Counted from the first letter of the stretch, positions 17,492 to 28,352 are shown. The stretch is 64,000 nucleotides of DNA from Candidatus Kerfeldbacteria bacterium (GCA_043799405.1 JAZDNT010000004.1:4206-68205), one strand, 5' to 3'. Numbers and translations are program-made. The notes: a model not told the origin generated them from the letters alone.

Positions 17492-17841
17492 GTACCCCCT
17501 CACTCCTAATCAGCGCACGGAACGTCACTAAAACCTACCATCTCGGTCAAGTTTCCGTACGTGCGTTGCAGGACGTCTCGCTCGATATCAACGAAGGTGA
17601 TTTCGTGATCATCACAGGACGCAACGGTGCCGGAAAATCAACGCTCATGCACAACCTCGCCGTCATGAAAAAAGCCGCCGCATTCGTCACCGATGAAGGC
17701 GGGCTCACGTGCCATGCCGCCATTGTCGCGCGCGAGATGCACAAGCCGTGCATTGTCGGTACGAAGCATGCAACGCACGCGCTCAAGAACGGCGACCTGG
17801 TTGAGGTGGATGCGAATCGTGGTCTTGTAAAAAAGGTATGA
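17488..17841 (+). CDS. Chimeric ORF (P0): ABC-ATPase N-terminal fragment fused to a partial phosphohistidine swivel domain; probable recombination scar
   Basis: MSTPSLLISARNVTKTYHLGQVSVRALQDVSLDINEGDFVIITGRNGAGKSTLMHNLA carries Walker A only. It joins directly to [48 protein letters not shown]. Confidence 0.6.
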   Translation: MSTPSLLISARNVTKTYHLGQVSVRALQDVSLDINEGDFVIITGRNGAGKSTLMHNLAVMKKAAAFVTDEGGLTCHAAIVAREMHKPCIVGTKHATHALKNGDLVEVDANRGLVKKV

Positions 17842-19265
17842 ACCTATTTAAGAACGCGCTGCAAAAAAACACATGGACCCTGTTCGGCCGCTGGAAAGAA
17901 CCGCCGCTCATGGAAGGCATGATCGCGGAGGCGATCACGGACCCTTCGATCGACCCGACGCTGCCGTTTACGCCGAGTATATACACGACGATCCTCCACC
18001 GGCAGCACACCGAGGGAACTGCGTTCGAGCGGCATGTCCGACAGGCAGAAACAATGCTTCGGAAAACTCCGAGCAAGATCGTCGGCCTGATCAGGCGCCG
18101 GACACATTACTGGAACAAAAAAACCGACGCGTTCAAACCGGCAGAACTTACGCCGGCGTTTGCGCGACGCTATCTCAACACCATCGCGGTACACGGCAAG
18201 GTCTGGTACCACTACATGGTGCTCGATGCTGCGCTGCAGCGGCTGTACCCGCCGACCCTCAAACCGAATTTCACGCTCTGCGGCAGAAAACTGACGCCGC
18301 AGACGCTGCTTGCCATCACTGCGCTCCCGAAATTCAGGTTCCCCATGGTAAAAGAGCGGGCGCACCTTTTCAAGATCGCGATACGTATGAAAGCCGGAAA
18401 GAACGTTAACCGTGAATTAACGCGACACGTCAGGAACTACTCATGGACCAACTCGCTTTGCTGGTGGGGCGAACCGTTCACCGCCTCTTACTACCGCCGC
18501 GAAGCACTTTCGCTTTCACGAAAAAACCCAAAACGACTGCTTTCGACGATCGAACAAGAGCGTAAAGAACAGTACAAGGTCGCGAACGCGCTTCTCAAAG
18601 AGCTCAAACGTGTGAATCCCTTTGCGTGGACGTACATCGACATTGTCAGGGACCTTGCTGATCTAAAAGAGCACAACTGGGACGCAGTATCGATAGCAGG
18701 AACACGTATGAGGTCCATGTTCCGGGAAACCGCGCGAAAACACCGGCTCACCTACAACCAGCTCATCATGCACACGAGGGATGAGTTCATTGCATTGCTC
18801 GAGGGGAAGCCTACGCCGTCCCGTGCCATACTCAACGCACGTATGCAGGCTATGACGCTTATCCGTTCAAAGAACCTTAACCTTACTGTTCATGGTGTGG
18901 TAGCTCGTGAACTGCTCATGTATGTAACCACGGCAGTTCCGGACCGAAACATGCTCAAAGGCACGATCATATGGCCCGGGCTCGTTATTGGGAAAGCGCG
19001 CGTGTTACAGGGCGTCGATGAACTTAATAAGATGAAACACGGCGAGATCCTCGTCTGCCCGATGACCGATCCTGACATGATGCCGGCAGTGCACAAGGCG
19101 CGCGCGATCGTCACTGACCAGGGCGGCCTCCTCTGCCATGCTGCCATCGTCGCGCGCGAACTCCGTATCCCCTGTATCGTCGGTACGAAGGATGCGACGA
19201 GACTTCTGCAAACTGGTGACATGGTCGAGGTGGATGCGACGAAAGGCATCGTAAAAAAACTATGA
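17838..19265 (+). CDS. Swivel-domain paralog P1 (variable N-terminal domain plus C-terminal PEP-utilizer phosphohistidine domain)
   Basis: 475 aa with an ATGA overlap to P0. C-terminus [43 protein letters not shown]; mid-domain motif HVRNYSW. Confidence 0.8.
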   Translation: MNLFKNALQKNTWTLFGRWKEPPLMEGMIAEAITDPSIDPTLPFTPSIYTTILHRQHTEGTAFERHVRQAETMLRKTPSKIVGLIRRRTHYWNKKTDAFKPAELTPAFARRYLNTIAVHGKVWYHYMVLDAALQRLYPPTLKPNFTLCGRKLTPQTLLAITALPKFRFPMVKERAHLFKIAIRMKAGKNVNRELTRHVRNYSWTNSLCWWGEPFTASYYRREALSLSRKNPKRLLSTIEQERKEQYKVANALLKELKRVNPFAWTYIDIVRDLADLKEHNWDAVSIAGTRMRSMFRETARKHRLTYNQLIMHTRDEFIALLEGKPTPSRAILNARMQAMTLIRSKNLNLTVHGVVARELLMYVTTAVPDRNMLKGTIIWPGLVIGKARVLQGVDELNKMKHGEILVCPMTDPDMMPAVHKARAIVTDQGGLLCHAAIVARELRIPCIVGTKDATRLLQTGDMVEVDATKGIVKKL

Positions 19266-19423
19266 TCTGGGTCAAGCACTGGAACCGCAAGACGACGCTG
19301 CAGCACGACTACATGTCGCGGTTCATTTGGTTCCGTGATAATCCGTACTATAACTTAAAGAATATTCTCACGTTATATGTAGAACGCGGAAAGGCGGACT
19401 TTTATACGCCGCGCGAGGAGTGA
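19262..19423 (+). pseudogene. N-terminal fragment of paralog P2, cut off by an in-frame TGA
   Basis: The ATG at 19262 overlaps the P1 stop (ATGA). It is in the same frame as 19433..20665. MIWVKHWNRKTTLQHDYMSRFIWFRDNPYYNLKNILTLYVERGKADFYTPREE then TGA at 19421-19423. Confidence 0.55.
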
Positions 19424-19432
19424 GACAGGCTC

Positions 19433-20665
19433 ATGCAAAAACTCGCACGTGAAGCGAAGAGCCCGACGTATGTTTCGCACATGCTCAAAAGTTACCAACG
19501 TGATAGAAAACGGTACCAATACATCTCACGCGAATGTAGCAGGGTCGCACGTCTCCGAAAATCTTCACCGAAACGGCTGCTGTCGCTCTATGAAAGGCTG
19601 AGGAACATCTACCTCGTCGTCCCCTACTACTTCTTCTCGCCATGGGCAATAAACCACGTAACAGCGCCGCAGTTCGAACAGCAACTAAGGAAACGATTCC
19701 CGAAGACCTGGCAATGGCTCTACCGCGCAGTTACCACGCCGACGAAATTGATCTCTATGGACCGGCAATACCTGCAGCTGCTTCGCTACAAGGCAGAGGG
19801 AACTCTCATAAAACGCCTGCCACAGCATGCGAAACGGTACGGATGGCTCGGTGTGTACAGCCTGCTCGACCGGCCATGGACCGGACGCCACTTCCTTTCA
19901 CAGGTCCGGCATGTCCGTGATCCGCGGCGTGCGATCGCCCAAAAACAGCGCGTGCTCGCAGAACACCGAAGGGAATATTCGCGCGCGCTCCGCATGCTGT
20001 TGCCGTATCCGAAGCTCGTTCACACCGCGCGGGTGCTCAATTTCTTCGCGTGGTTTCGGACCGAACGCGTTGATATGCTCCGGGAATCTCTCCTGCTCAC
20101 ACAAGCGTTCTACCATGAGCTCGAGCGTCGCATGCGGCTTCTGCCAAACCACGGACCGCACCTGACGTACGAAGAGATTGTGGAATTTTTGAAGGACGGG
20201 ACGCGACCAGACCCGCGCGCGATCGGGCCATGTCAGTTATTCGGCATCATCAACGACCGATTAGTGCTGATGCGTGACGAAGTCGAGGCAAAACGCTTCT
20301 TTGCACGAATTGTCGGTAACCGAGACATGCGTTCAAAACGATCGGTCAAGGGCACGCCTGCGTGTCCGGGAAAGGTGCACGGCCTAGTCCGTATCGTTAT
20401 GGTACCGGAGGACTGTAAAAAAATACGGAAGGGCGACATCCTCGTGTCGAACATGACGCACACCGACTACCTTGCTGGTATGGCACGTGCAGGCGCGGTC
20501 GTGACGGATGAAGGCGGTATCAGCTGCCATGCTGCCATAATATCGCGCGAGCTCAATAAACCCTGCGTCATCGGCACGAAAATCGCGACCGAGGTGTTCC
20601 GCGATAGCGACCGGGTCGAAGTGGACGCAAACCATGGAATCGTGCGATTATTAAAGCGTGGCTAA
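19433..20665 (+). CDS. Swivel-domain paralog P2 (main part)
   Basis: 410 aa. Mid-domain motif HAKRYGW; C-terminus [43 protein letters not shown]. Confidence 0.75.
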   Translation: MQKLAREAKSPTYVSHMLKSYQRDRKRYQYISRECSRVARLRKSSPKRLLSLYERLRNIYLVVPYYFFSPWAINHVTAPQFEQQLRKRFPKTWQWLYRAVTTPTKLISMDRQYLQLLRYKAEGTLIKRLPQHAKRYGWLGVYSLLDRPWTGRHFLSQVRHVRDPRRAIAQKQRVLAEHRREYSRALRMLLPYPKLVHTARVLNFFAWFRTERVDMLRESLLLTQAFYHELERRMRLLPNHGPHLTYEEIVEFLKDGTRPDPRAIGPCQLFGIINDRLVLMRDEVEAKRFFARIVGNRDMRSKRSVKGTPACPGKVHGLVRIVMVPEDCKKIRKGDILVSNMTHTDYLAGMARAGAVVTDEGGISCHAAIISRELNKPCVIGTKIATEVFRDSDRVEVDANHGIVRLLKRG

Positions 20666-21767
20666 ACAATTCACTTCTCGCAGCAATTCGAACACGAAGA
20701 TTTTCCTGATTTTTACTCGGGACTTCTCGCTTGCGACGTGCGAGATATGGCAGGAAGTGCTTATTCGTCATCTGCCGCGGCTCGTCGGGCGCGGAATGCA
20801 CCAACAGATCATCCGATTTAACGGAAAGGCGATCGAGGCGTACCGGTCGGTGAATGAAGACGCGGTGCTCGAGCGTACCGTAACATCGCTGCCTCTTACG
20901 CATCGGGTTTTTCGTCCTTCATACGCGGCAACGTTCCGGAATACCATTGTACAAACAAGAAGAATGTTAACGTCGTACCGCAAAAATCACCGCGAATTGA
21001 CCACAAAGAGTCTCGAAGACCTTGATGCGCGCGTCACGAACGTCTGGTGCATGATGATGCTCTCGAACATGTTACCGCACGCATGGAAGGATTCGTTCAT
21101 GCGCACTCATCCAACAGGCGGACAAACGATTCTCAATTCATTCTACAGACTACGAAAGCTCAGTCAGGGCTTTATTGAGGAAGTCGACGGCTACTGGCTG
21201 GACAACGCAAAAAGACTGTTGCGTAAGCGAAAGCTCCCCGAATGGTACGCGCGATTGCTGCGTCGGAGCGAGTTGAGGGCGCTCGTCCGAGGCGGGAGAA
21301 TACCCAACAGCCAAGTATTCGAGCAACGCCGTCACGGGTACGTACTCTTCGGATTGAACACAGTAGTACATTCATCGTTCAATACGTTCCTAAAAAAACG
21401 ACATCAGTATATTCAGCCGCTCGGTAATATTCATAGTACAACGCTCAACGGGACAGTTGCTATGGCCGGACGACTGGTTCGCGCACGGGCACAGATCGTT
21501 CTCAACCGGGATGATGTTGCTCGCTTTTCAAAGAGGCGCATATTGGTAACGACGATGACGACACCGGATTTTCTGCCGATCATGAAACAGGCGTCGGCGA
21601 TCGTGACCGACGAGGGCGGAATCACCTGTCATGCCGCGATCGTCTCCCGCGAATTGAGGATCCCCTGTGTCATTGGCACGAAGATCGCGACGAAGATTAT
21701 AAAAAATGGCGATCGCGTTGAGGTGGACGCGAACCGCGGAATCGTGCGATTATTAAAGCGTGGCTAA
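20658..21767 (+). CDS. Swivel-domain paralog P3 (short, divergent N-terminal domain)
   Basis: 369 aa with a GTG start inside GTGGCTAA that overlaps the P2 stop. C-terminus [38 protein letters not shown]. Confidence 0.75.
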   Translation: MAKQFTSRSNSNTKIFLIFTRDFSLATCEIWQEVLIRHLPRLVGRGMHQQIIRFNGKAIEAYRSVNEDAVLERTVTSLPLTHRVFRPSYAATFRNTIVQTRRMLTSYRKNHRELTTKSLEDLDARVTNVWCMMMLSNMLPHAWKDSFMRTHPTGGQTILNSFYRLRKLSQGFIEEVDGYWLDNAKRLLRKRKLPEWYARLLRRSELRALVRGGRIPNSQVFEQRRHGYVLFGLNTVVHSSFNTFLKKRHQYIQPLGNIHSTTLNGTVAMAGRLVRARAQIVLNRDDVARFSKRRILVTTMTTPDFLPIMKQASAIVTDEGGITCHAAIVSRELRIPCVIGTKIATKIIKNGDRVEVDANRGIVRLLKRG

Positions 21768-23214
21768 ACGATTCCGACCTCCATTCACGCCCGAATCCAA
21801 TCTTTTCCGGTGGGGACCTATCCCGGGTCGGCTGCTTTCAGTATCTCATTGGGTCGAGCTCTTCGATCGTCGGCCGAGCCGTTTCCACCAGTACTACTGG
21901 CCCTATAGTTTCACGATCTTCCACGACCGGCAGATGCTGTTCGTGAACGGCATGCACGACCTCGAGCGTGTCGGCGCGCGGGTGTTCCACGATTTCATCG
22001 TCGGACCGCGTCGGGAACGCGGGTGGCGGGAATGGCTACGGTGCCGAAACCGTCTTTTGGAATTCATCGCGGCGTTGAATCGGATCGACATCAGATCGTC
22101 ATCAGACGCACAGCTTACATCGCTCTGGCGCGGACTCAACGACCGCATCTACGCGTTCTGGACGCCAGGCGTCATCCCCGAACTCGGCGGGTACGGCGGT
22201 CAGGCGATACTGCGGCACATGCTGCAGCGCGAAAATCTCACGCCCGCCAAACGCATCCGCGCGTATGCAACGCTCTCTGGAACCGACAAACCATCATTCT
22301 ATCAGGAGGAGGAGGTCGCGCTTGCGGAAATCCTAAAGATCCGAAACCCGCAGGCTCGCGCACGAGCGCTCCAACGACACACTGAACGCTTTTCCTGGAT
22401 CGGTAACAGCTTCTTTAGAACGCAGAAGGTGCTGCTTGCCCGCTTCAAGGAACGGCTAGAGCTGTTGCGGCGTAAGAAGAGCCCTGCAATGCAATTACTG
22501 AAAAATTCTCGTGAACTCCGTCGCGACAAGAAAAAAGTCCTCGGATGGATGCAGAAACCGTCGCGGCTGCGTCTCATAAGCGACGGGGTTTCACGTTGCA
22601 TCTGGTGGCAGGACCAGAGGAAAAAGCATGTCTTTCAATACCTCGCACCCATGGATGCCATCGCGCGCGAAATGGAGCGACGCGCACGTATTCCGAAAAA
22701 CACCTTTGACTACGCGTACTTCTGGGAAGTCTCACCTCATCCGTCGCGACAACTGTTGAAGGCGATCGCGAGACGGAAACAGTGGTTCGTCACGAGGTGG
22801 TATGGCAGGCACATGGACGCCTCGGGAAAAGCTGCTCAACGTCTCGGCGAACCGTTCTGGAGGCCCCGACATGAACCATCAACTGACACCCTTCATGGTA
22901 TTCCGATCTTCACATCGATACGACCGATCAACGGCAGGGTGTTCATCGTCCGCACACACAGAGACCTTGCTCGTTTTCCCGCCGGACACGTACTCGTCGC
23001 AACAATGACCGCGCCGGAGTACGTGGTCGCCATGCGCAAGGCAGCCGCGATCGTCACGGACACTGGCGGCATCACGAGCCACGCAGCCATCGTCGCGCGC
23101 GAGCTCAAGAAACCGTGTATTGTCGGAACGCAGCAGGCAACGCACGTACTGAAAAACGGCGATCTTGTTGAAGTGCATTCGAGAGACGGCTACATTAAAA
23201 AGGTTGTAGAATAA
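21760..23214 (+). CDS. Swivel-domain paralog P4
   Basis: 484 aa with the same GTGGCTAA junction as P2/P3. Mid-domain motif HTERFSW; C-terminus [28 protein letters not shown]. Confidence 0.8.
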   Translation: MAKRFRPPFTPESNLFRWGPIPGRLLSVSHWVELFDRRPSRFHQYYWPYSFTIFHDRQMLFVNGMHDLERVGARVFHDFIVGPRRERGWREWLRCRNRLLEFIAALNRIDIRSSSDAQLTSLWRGLNDRIYAFWTPGVIPELGGYGGQAILRHMLQRENLTPAKRIRAYATLSGTDKPSFYQEEEVALAEILKIRNPQARARALQRHTERFSWIGNSFFRTQKVLLARFKERLELLRRKKSPAMQLLKNSRELRRDKKKVLGWMQKPSRLRLISDGVSRCIWWQDQRKKHVFQYLAPMDAIAREMERRARIPKNTFDYAYFWEVSPHPSRQLLKAIARRKQWFVTRWYGRHMDASGKAAQRLGEPFWRPRHEPSTDTLHGIPIFTSIRPINGRVFIVRTHRDLARFPAGHVLVATMTAPEYVVAMRKAAAIVTDTGGITSHAAIVARELKKPCIVGTQQATHVLKNGDLVEVHSRDGYIKKVVE

Positions 23215-23218
23215 CGCT

Positions 23219-24751
23219 ATGGTGCTTAAAAAATACTTCGACCGAAAAGAAATGTACCTCTACCCATGGTACCTTTCTGATCTCGTTATTACCAAGCAGA
23301 TCGGCGCTGTCACCGGTCGCCGTATTATCCGGCGGGTCGTCACGGTCATCCACCGTGCATTCCTCACCGCGTACTACGACAATCGTGATGTCACATCGAT
23401 CGGCGAATATCTCTTTGGTCGGGTCTTACATGACCGACGTTTCTACCAACACGTTCTGAAGGAGGTCTATGCGCGAAGCGACAGGCTACAGGACTTTTGT
23501 TCTTCGATCCCGTCACCGTCCAAACTGCACACGCTCACATCGCAGAAATTACTGGACCTCTATGACCACTATACAACACTATTAACGAAACTCCGTGCAT
23601 GGGGATGGGTGCCCGTTTTCCTTGACGGCATCGATACGTCCTATCTATCTGAGGAGATCCAACGGAGGATCGAGGCACATCTGCGTGGTATCCGGACAAA
23701 ACCGGATACGGCGCTGAAGATATACGCAACGCTCACCAGCAGCGAACGCATGAGCGAGGTACAGCGCGAAGAAATTGCGCGCCTCAAACTCACTCAATCC
23801 ATTCACGACGATCCGCATTCAAAGACAATCCTGCGAGCTCTTACACGCGGAACATTCGACGTGCTGCGGAAACGATTTCCTGCGGTGATGAAGGTGTGTG
23901 AAAGGCATGTTGCGCGCTTCGGCTGGCTGACCTACGCATACAGCGGGCCGCCGATGGGTCTTTCGTACCTTGCCACGATGCTTTGTGCAACGATGAAGCA
24001 ACGCCCTGCACAACGCCTGCAGGAAATCCAGCGTCATTTTCTCACGATTCGTGCGGCAAAACGCGCCTTGATCCGGAAGTACCATCTTTCACCGGACATC
24101 CAATACCTCGTCAGGGTTTCTGCCGAACTAATGTACATGAAGGACTTTCGCAAGGGCGTATACCAGAAATCGTATGTGGCTATGGATCCGGTTCTTATCG
24201 AGATTGCAAAACGGCTCAACCTTACCCTGACCGAGGTCAAATACCTGACCTTTGACGAGATACGCAAAGCACTACGAGGCGCGTTTCGCGGCTATGCACA
24301 GGCTGCACGAAAACGTACAGAGTGGTGCGCATATGACATTCGGCACGGAAAGGTCCGTGTGCAAGGCGGTCACACTGCACAATGGATCGCACGCACACTT
24401 TCTTCAGGCGCGGCGGCGACGCAGCCGGCAGACTCCAACCTGCATGGTCAGGTCGCCTACCCGGGCATTGTCCGGGGAATCGCCCGGATCGTACTTCTTG
24501 AAAAGGACGTGCCAAAAGTGAAGCCCGGGGACATTCTGGTCTCATCATCCACCAACCCGAACCTCATCCTCGCCATGCAGCGCGCCGGAGCATTTGTCAC
24601 GGACATCGGCGGCATTACGAGCCATGCGGCCATTGTCTCACGGGAACTAAAAAAGCCGTGCATCGTCGGTACCAAAATCGCGACTAAAAGCATCCGCGAC
24701 GGTGATCGGCTCGAAGTCGACGCGAATCATGGTATAGTACGTAAACTATGA
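23219..24751 (+). CDS. Swivel-domain paralog P5
   Basis: 510 aa. Mid-domain motif HVARFGW; C-terminus [37 protein letters not shown]. Confidence 0.8.
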   Translation: MVLKKYFDRKEMYLYPWYLSDLVITKQIGAVTGRRIIRRVVTVIHRAFLTAYYDNRDVTSIGEYLFGRVLHDRRFYQHVLKEVYARSDRLQDFCSSIPSPSKLHTLTSQKLLDLYDHYTTLLTKLRAWGWVPVFLDGIDTSYLSEEIQRRIEAHLRGIRTKPDTALKIYATLTSSERMSEVQREEIARLKLTQSIHDDPHSKTILRALTRGTFDVLRKRFPAVMKVCERHVARFGWLTYAYSGPPMGLSYLATMLCATMKQRPAQRLQEIQRHFLTIRAAKRALIRKYHLSPDIQYLVRVSAELMYMKDFRKGVYQKSYVAMDPVLIEIAKRLNLTLTEVKYLTFDEIRKALRGAFRGYAQAARKRTEWCAYDIRHGKVRVQGGHTAQWIARTLSSGAAATQPADSNLHGQVAYPGIVRGIARIVLLEKDVPKVKPGDILVSSSTNPNLILAMQRAGAFVTDIGGITSHAAIVSRELKKPCIVGTKIATKSIRDGDRLEVDANHGIVRKL

Positions 24752-25350
24752 CCGACCCGATCCCGAAAAAATTCAGGTCGCTCTGGGCACGTTGCGTTAC
24801 ACTCCTAAAGCAGGGAAAGCCCGACGATCTTATGCATGCGCGGGAAACAGTCAGGCTGATCGTCGCCTATCGCGGCCGCCTCCGTTTTGATCCTGATATT
24901 CTGATACCCACCGCCATAATGCACGACATTGGACATTCGGCTATATTACCGGAGCATTTTCAATATGTCGCGGGGTCCAGAAAGTTCAAAAACGCAAAAC
25001 TTGTGCACATGCTTACCGGAGCTAAAATTGCCAATGAGCTCCTCCGGCAACTTCACTACCGTTCTACGGCAAGACGCGAGATCGTCGACATCATTTCGAT
25101 GCACGATATCGATCAATTAGACATCACGAACTGGCGCCGATGGTACGATACCCCGCACAAGCGCATCTTCCATGATTTTGATGCGCTCGATCGCTATACT
25201 CCTGTTCGGCTCAAAGTGATGATCACCCGCAACCCGAGTCGTACCGCGGTCCTAAAGGAACTTCGTGGTCTGCTTAACAACTTTTTCTTCAAAGAATTCA
25301 AACGCACCGCTGAGAGTAATCTTAATAAATTGGAAAAAAGCAATGATTGA
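24748..25350 (+). CDS. HD-domain phosphohydrolase
   Basis: 200 aa with AIMHDIGHS and ISMHDIDQLD. ATGA overlap with P5. Confidence 0.65.
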   Translation: MTDPIPKKFRSLWARCVTLLKQGKPDDLMHARETVRLIVAYRGRLRFDPDILIPTAIMHDIGHSAILPEHFQYVAGSRKFKNAKLVHMLTGAKIANELLRQLHYRSTARREIVDIISMHDIDQLDITNWRRWYDTPHKRIFHDFDALDRYTPVRLKVMITRNPSRTAVLKELRGLLNNFFFKEFKRTAESNLNKLEKSND

Positions 25351-25407
25351 CGTGAACAATACAAATAAAGAAGCATAAAAGCGCGCAGCCACTAGGAAAC
25401 CGTACTC

Positions 25408-26832
25408 ATGGACCCCACACCCTCGAACATGCTCAAAAAACACTGGTTTACCGCGGCGACGACCGGCGTTCCGCTGTTTATATGTACAACCGCAGGAAGC
25501 GGCGTCACCATGGGACGCTCCCTCGGATATAGTTACCGGAATTTCCTGTACCGCATCAAGAACGATTACGCGCACATGAATTACGACCATGCCGACCTAG
25601 AACGGATCTGGCGAACGATGATGAAGAAGATCGGGAAAAATCCTCACTACCTACCAGCCCTTAAAGCGAAGTACCGAAAAACAATACGCCGCAACAACCG
25701 GTTCCTAAAAACTATAACTCCGGTATCTCTGTGGTCAGCCGGTGATGCGCGCCTTCTCTCAATGTTTAAACGCTGTGCCTTTGCGCAGTCGGATTCGGTC
25801 GGCATTGGCCACGTCTGCGAAACCATCGGCATCCACGGCGAATCAGTGTTCAACGACCTGCTCGCGACCACGCTTCTAACACAGAAGAAAAGCGTGACTG
25901 CCGCGGTCGCGACATCGCTCACGGCTCCGAAAAAACCGTCGTTTCTAAAACACGAGGAACAGGAGCTTCTTACAATCGATGATCTTCGCGGAGTAGCGCG
26001 GTCGCAGGCGCTTCGACACCATGTCCGGAAATACAACTGGATCAGGAATACCTACGCTGGACCCGTGCTTTCCGATGCTGCCTATTTCACAAAACACCTC
26101 TTCACGCTCCGTACTGAACAGCAACCACGAATACAGAAAGCACGCGTTGCGCTGCCGCGGCTCCCCCGCTCGATCGTGGGACTCGCCCGGACCATCTCCT
26201 TCATCGCAGAATGGCAGGACGAACGCAAGGAAAACATCCTTCGCGTGATCTCCTACCTCGGTCTTATCGCGAAAGAAATCGAAAAAAGGACAAGAGTACC
26301 CATTTCGCTTCTCGGGTATCTTTCGCTCGGCGACATCACCAATCTGATGAACCTGGACGACATCAAATCACTGACGAACGAACTCCGTCAGCGGACGCGG
26401 GGATGCTTCATTCTCCAGCAACCGAACAGGGAGATCATAGTATCAGGAACGCGGTTCGTATCGTTCAATAAAGGGTACGAGCGCATGCTGAAGCGCGCAA
26501 AAGGCAACGAATCGTACATCTACGGTACGGTCGCCAATCCAGGACGAGCGGTCGGCCGCGTTGTCATGTGCCAAGGGCCGAAGGATATTTCCCGGGTCAG
26601 GCGCGGCGACATACTCGTTGCCTCAATGACGAGGCCGGAGATCATGCCGGCCGTAAAGAAGGCGTCGGCGATCGTGACGGACGAGGGCGGCATTACCTGC
26701 CACGCCGCCATCGTCTCCCGCGAACTCGGCATCCCCTGCATCATCGGTACGAAGGTGGCAACGAGCGTGCTCCGCGAAGGCGACCGCGTCGAGGTCAACG
26801 CGAATCATGGCGTCGTAAGGAAACTGCAATGA
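25408..26832 (+). CDS. Swivel-domain paralog P6
   Basis: 474 aa. Mid-domain motifs HVRKYNW and WQDERK; C-terminus [28 protein letters not shown]. Confidence 0.8.
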   Translation: MDPTPSNMLKKHWFTAATTGVPLFICTTAGSGVTMGRSLGYSYRNFLYRIKNDYAHMNYDHADLERIWRTMMKKIGKNPHYLPALKAKYRKTIRRNNRFLKTITPVSLWSAGDARLLSMFKRCAFAQSDSVGIGHVCETIGIHGESVFNDLLATTLLTQKKSVTAAVATSLTAPKKPSFLKHEEQELLTIDDLRGVARSQALRHHVRKYNWIRNTYAGPVLSDAAYFTKHLFTLRTEQQPRIQKARVALPRLPRSIVGLARTISFIAEWQDERKENILRVISYLGLIAKEIEKRTRVPISLLGYLSLGDITNLMNLDDIKSLTNELRQRTRGCFILQQPNREIIVSGTRFVSFNKGYERMLKRAKGNESYIYGTVANPGRAVGRVVMCQGPKDISRVRRGDILVASMTRPEIMPAVKKASAIVTDEGGITCHAAIVSRELGIPCIIGTKVATSVLREGDRVEVNANHGVVRKLQ

Positions 26833-28352
26833 AAACATCGTTCACCATCGTTGCGCACGACGTCAACTCGCCGCTCATTAGGAATGAGCTGTGGGTGCGC
26901 TACCCGATCCTCTGGAAAAAGCTGTTCGGACTTCCTATTGCAAGGGTCGCGATCTGGTCGAAGAACGACATGATCTCGTACTGCCTCAATGACCGTTCCT
27001 GGGTTGCGCCGAAAAAACAGTTCATACGGAGGATCGAGCGCGACCTTAATTACCTTCACGACATCATCGATCGCACAAACCGTTGGGGTGAAGAGATGAA
27101 TGCCGTGACTGAAATCGCAACAACAGCGCTGTTTCGGGTATGGTCACCCGAAGAGCTCATGCACTTCTTCGATGAATTTGTCCGGTTACAGACGAGACAG
27201 TACGCGATTGGCGTCCTACTGCCGCTCCTTGATTTCATCGGAAAATCCTACATTGAGAATTCGATCCAAACGTTCCTAACAAGCCGTCTACCGCCACAAC
27301 AGGCAGCCGACGCCTTTTCCCTCTTCACCGCCCCGGCGAATAAATCGTTCGCGCTTGAGCAGGAAGACGCGCTTCTCCGAATTGCGCAACGACTTTTCAG
27401 GGTACCATCTATTAAAAGGATGCTGTCAACGAAAAAACCAGCTGAAGTGCTGCGCCATCTCCGTTCAAAGCACCAGTCTCTTGCCTCGCTCATCGAGAAA
27501 CATGCAAAACGGTTCGGCTGGGTGTACTACGTCTATGCAGGCCCTGCGTATGAGCCGAAAGATTTCATCGGCTTTATACAGGACTGGTTGCGGCGGGGTA
27601 TCGATCCTAAACGCGAACTGAAGAAACGAGCCGCAGAACAACAAATGGTTCGGAAACGCCGGAACACATTACTAAAAAAGCTGAAGCCTGACCGCCTGAG
27701 CCGCGCCCTGCTCAAGCTTGCGCCCGTGATCGTCTGGGCAAAACCGCGGCGCAAGGACTACCAGTCGAAGACGTACTGGCACATGGAATTTTTTTACCGC
27801 GAAATCGCACGGCGCTATAAATACTCACTACAGCAGGTCCGTTCCGCGACTACACGACAGCTTTATTCGATTCTGCACGGACGCCGCGTTGCTTCAGCAT
27901 TACTCGACCGTCAGCGCCGTGAACACGTAACCTATAACGACGCTCACGGTATGCATGTCCTCACTGGGAACGCCGCTGCCCAGTTCGCAAAGCAACATTT
28001 TCATGAGGAACAACATGAAACGTCCTCGGACGGACAGCTGTCCGGCACTGTCGCCTACCAAGGAAGTTCAACGGGTACCGTCCGTATCATCAACACGCCA
28101 GACGACATGATAAAGATGCACCGCGGCGACATTCTCGTTTCATTTGCGACAACACCAAGCATTGTTCCAGCAATGAAGAAGGCATCGGCTATCGTAACGG
28201 ACGAAGGCGGACTCACCTGCCACGCGGCGATCGTTTCCCGCGAACTAAAGATACCGTGCGTCGTAGGTACTAAGATTTCAACGAAAGTACTTAAAGACGG
28301 CGACCGCGTCGAGGTGGACGCGGATAAAGGAATCGTCCGGAAACGTATATGA
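26829..28352 (+). CDS. Swivel-domain paralog P7
   Basis: I start at ATG 26829 (MKTSFTIVAHD.., ATGA overlap with P6), not at the track start 26568. Mid-domain motif HAKRFGW; C-terminus [28 protein letters not shown]. Confidence 0.8.
   Translation: MKTSFTIVAHDVNSPLIRNELWVRYPILWKKLFGLPIARVAIWSKNDMISYCLNDRSWVAPKKQFIRRIERDLNYLHDIIDRTNRWGEEMNAVTEIATTALFRVWSPEELMHFFDEFVRLQTRQYAIGVLLPLLDFIGKSYIENSIQTFLTSRLPPQQAADAFSLFTAPANKSFALEQEDALLRIAQRLFRVPSIKRMLSTKKPAEVLRHLRSKHQSLASLIEKHAKRFGWVYYVYAGPAYEPKDFIGFIQDWLRRGIDPKRELKKRAAEQQMVRKRRNTLLKKLKPDRLSRALLKLAPVIVWAKPRRKDYQSKTYWHMEFFYREIARRYKYSLQQVRSATTRQLYSILHGRRVASALLDRQRREHVTYNDAHGMHVLTGNAAAQFAKQHFHEEQHETSSDGQLSGTVAYQGSSTGTVRIINTPDDMIKMHRGDILVSFATTPSIVPAMKKASAIVTDEGGLTCHAAIVSRELKIPCVVGTKISTKVLKDGDRVEVDADKGIVRKRI

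Noticed and set aside
19421-19423. Recoded TGA (genetic code 4/25) or selenocysteine as the explanation for the in-frame stop in P2
   Set aside because: TGA is used as the terminator of many well-defined genes here, including the ATGA overlaps. Long ORFs are not otherwise interrupted by TGA, and no SECIS-like context was noticed.
24731-24740. Recurrent GGTATAGTAC (also near 29836 and 63491) as extended -10 internal promoters
   Set aside because: In the paralogs it is simply the codons for the conserved C-terminal peptide HGIVRKL. The third occurrence encodes GIV at another gene end and is most likely coincidence.
26568-26828. The ORF-track start for paralog P7 at 26568 (594 aa)
   Set aside because: The first 87 codons lie out of frame over the 3' end of P6 and encode Arg/Pro-rich low-complexity sequence. 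ATG 26829 gives the ATGA overlap seen at the other junctions and an N-terminus comparable to the paralogs.
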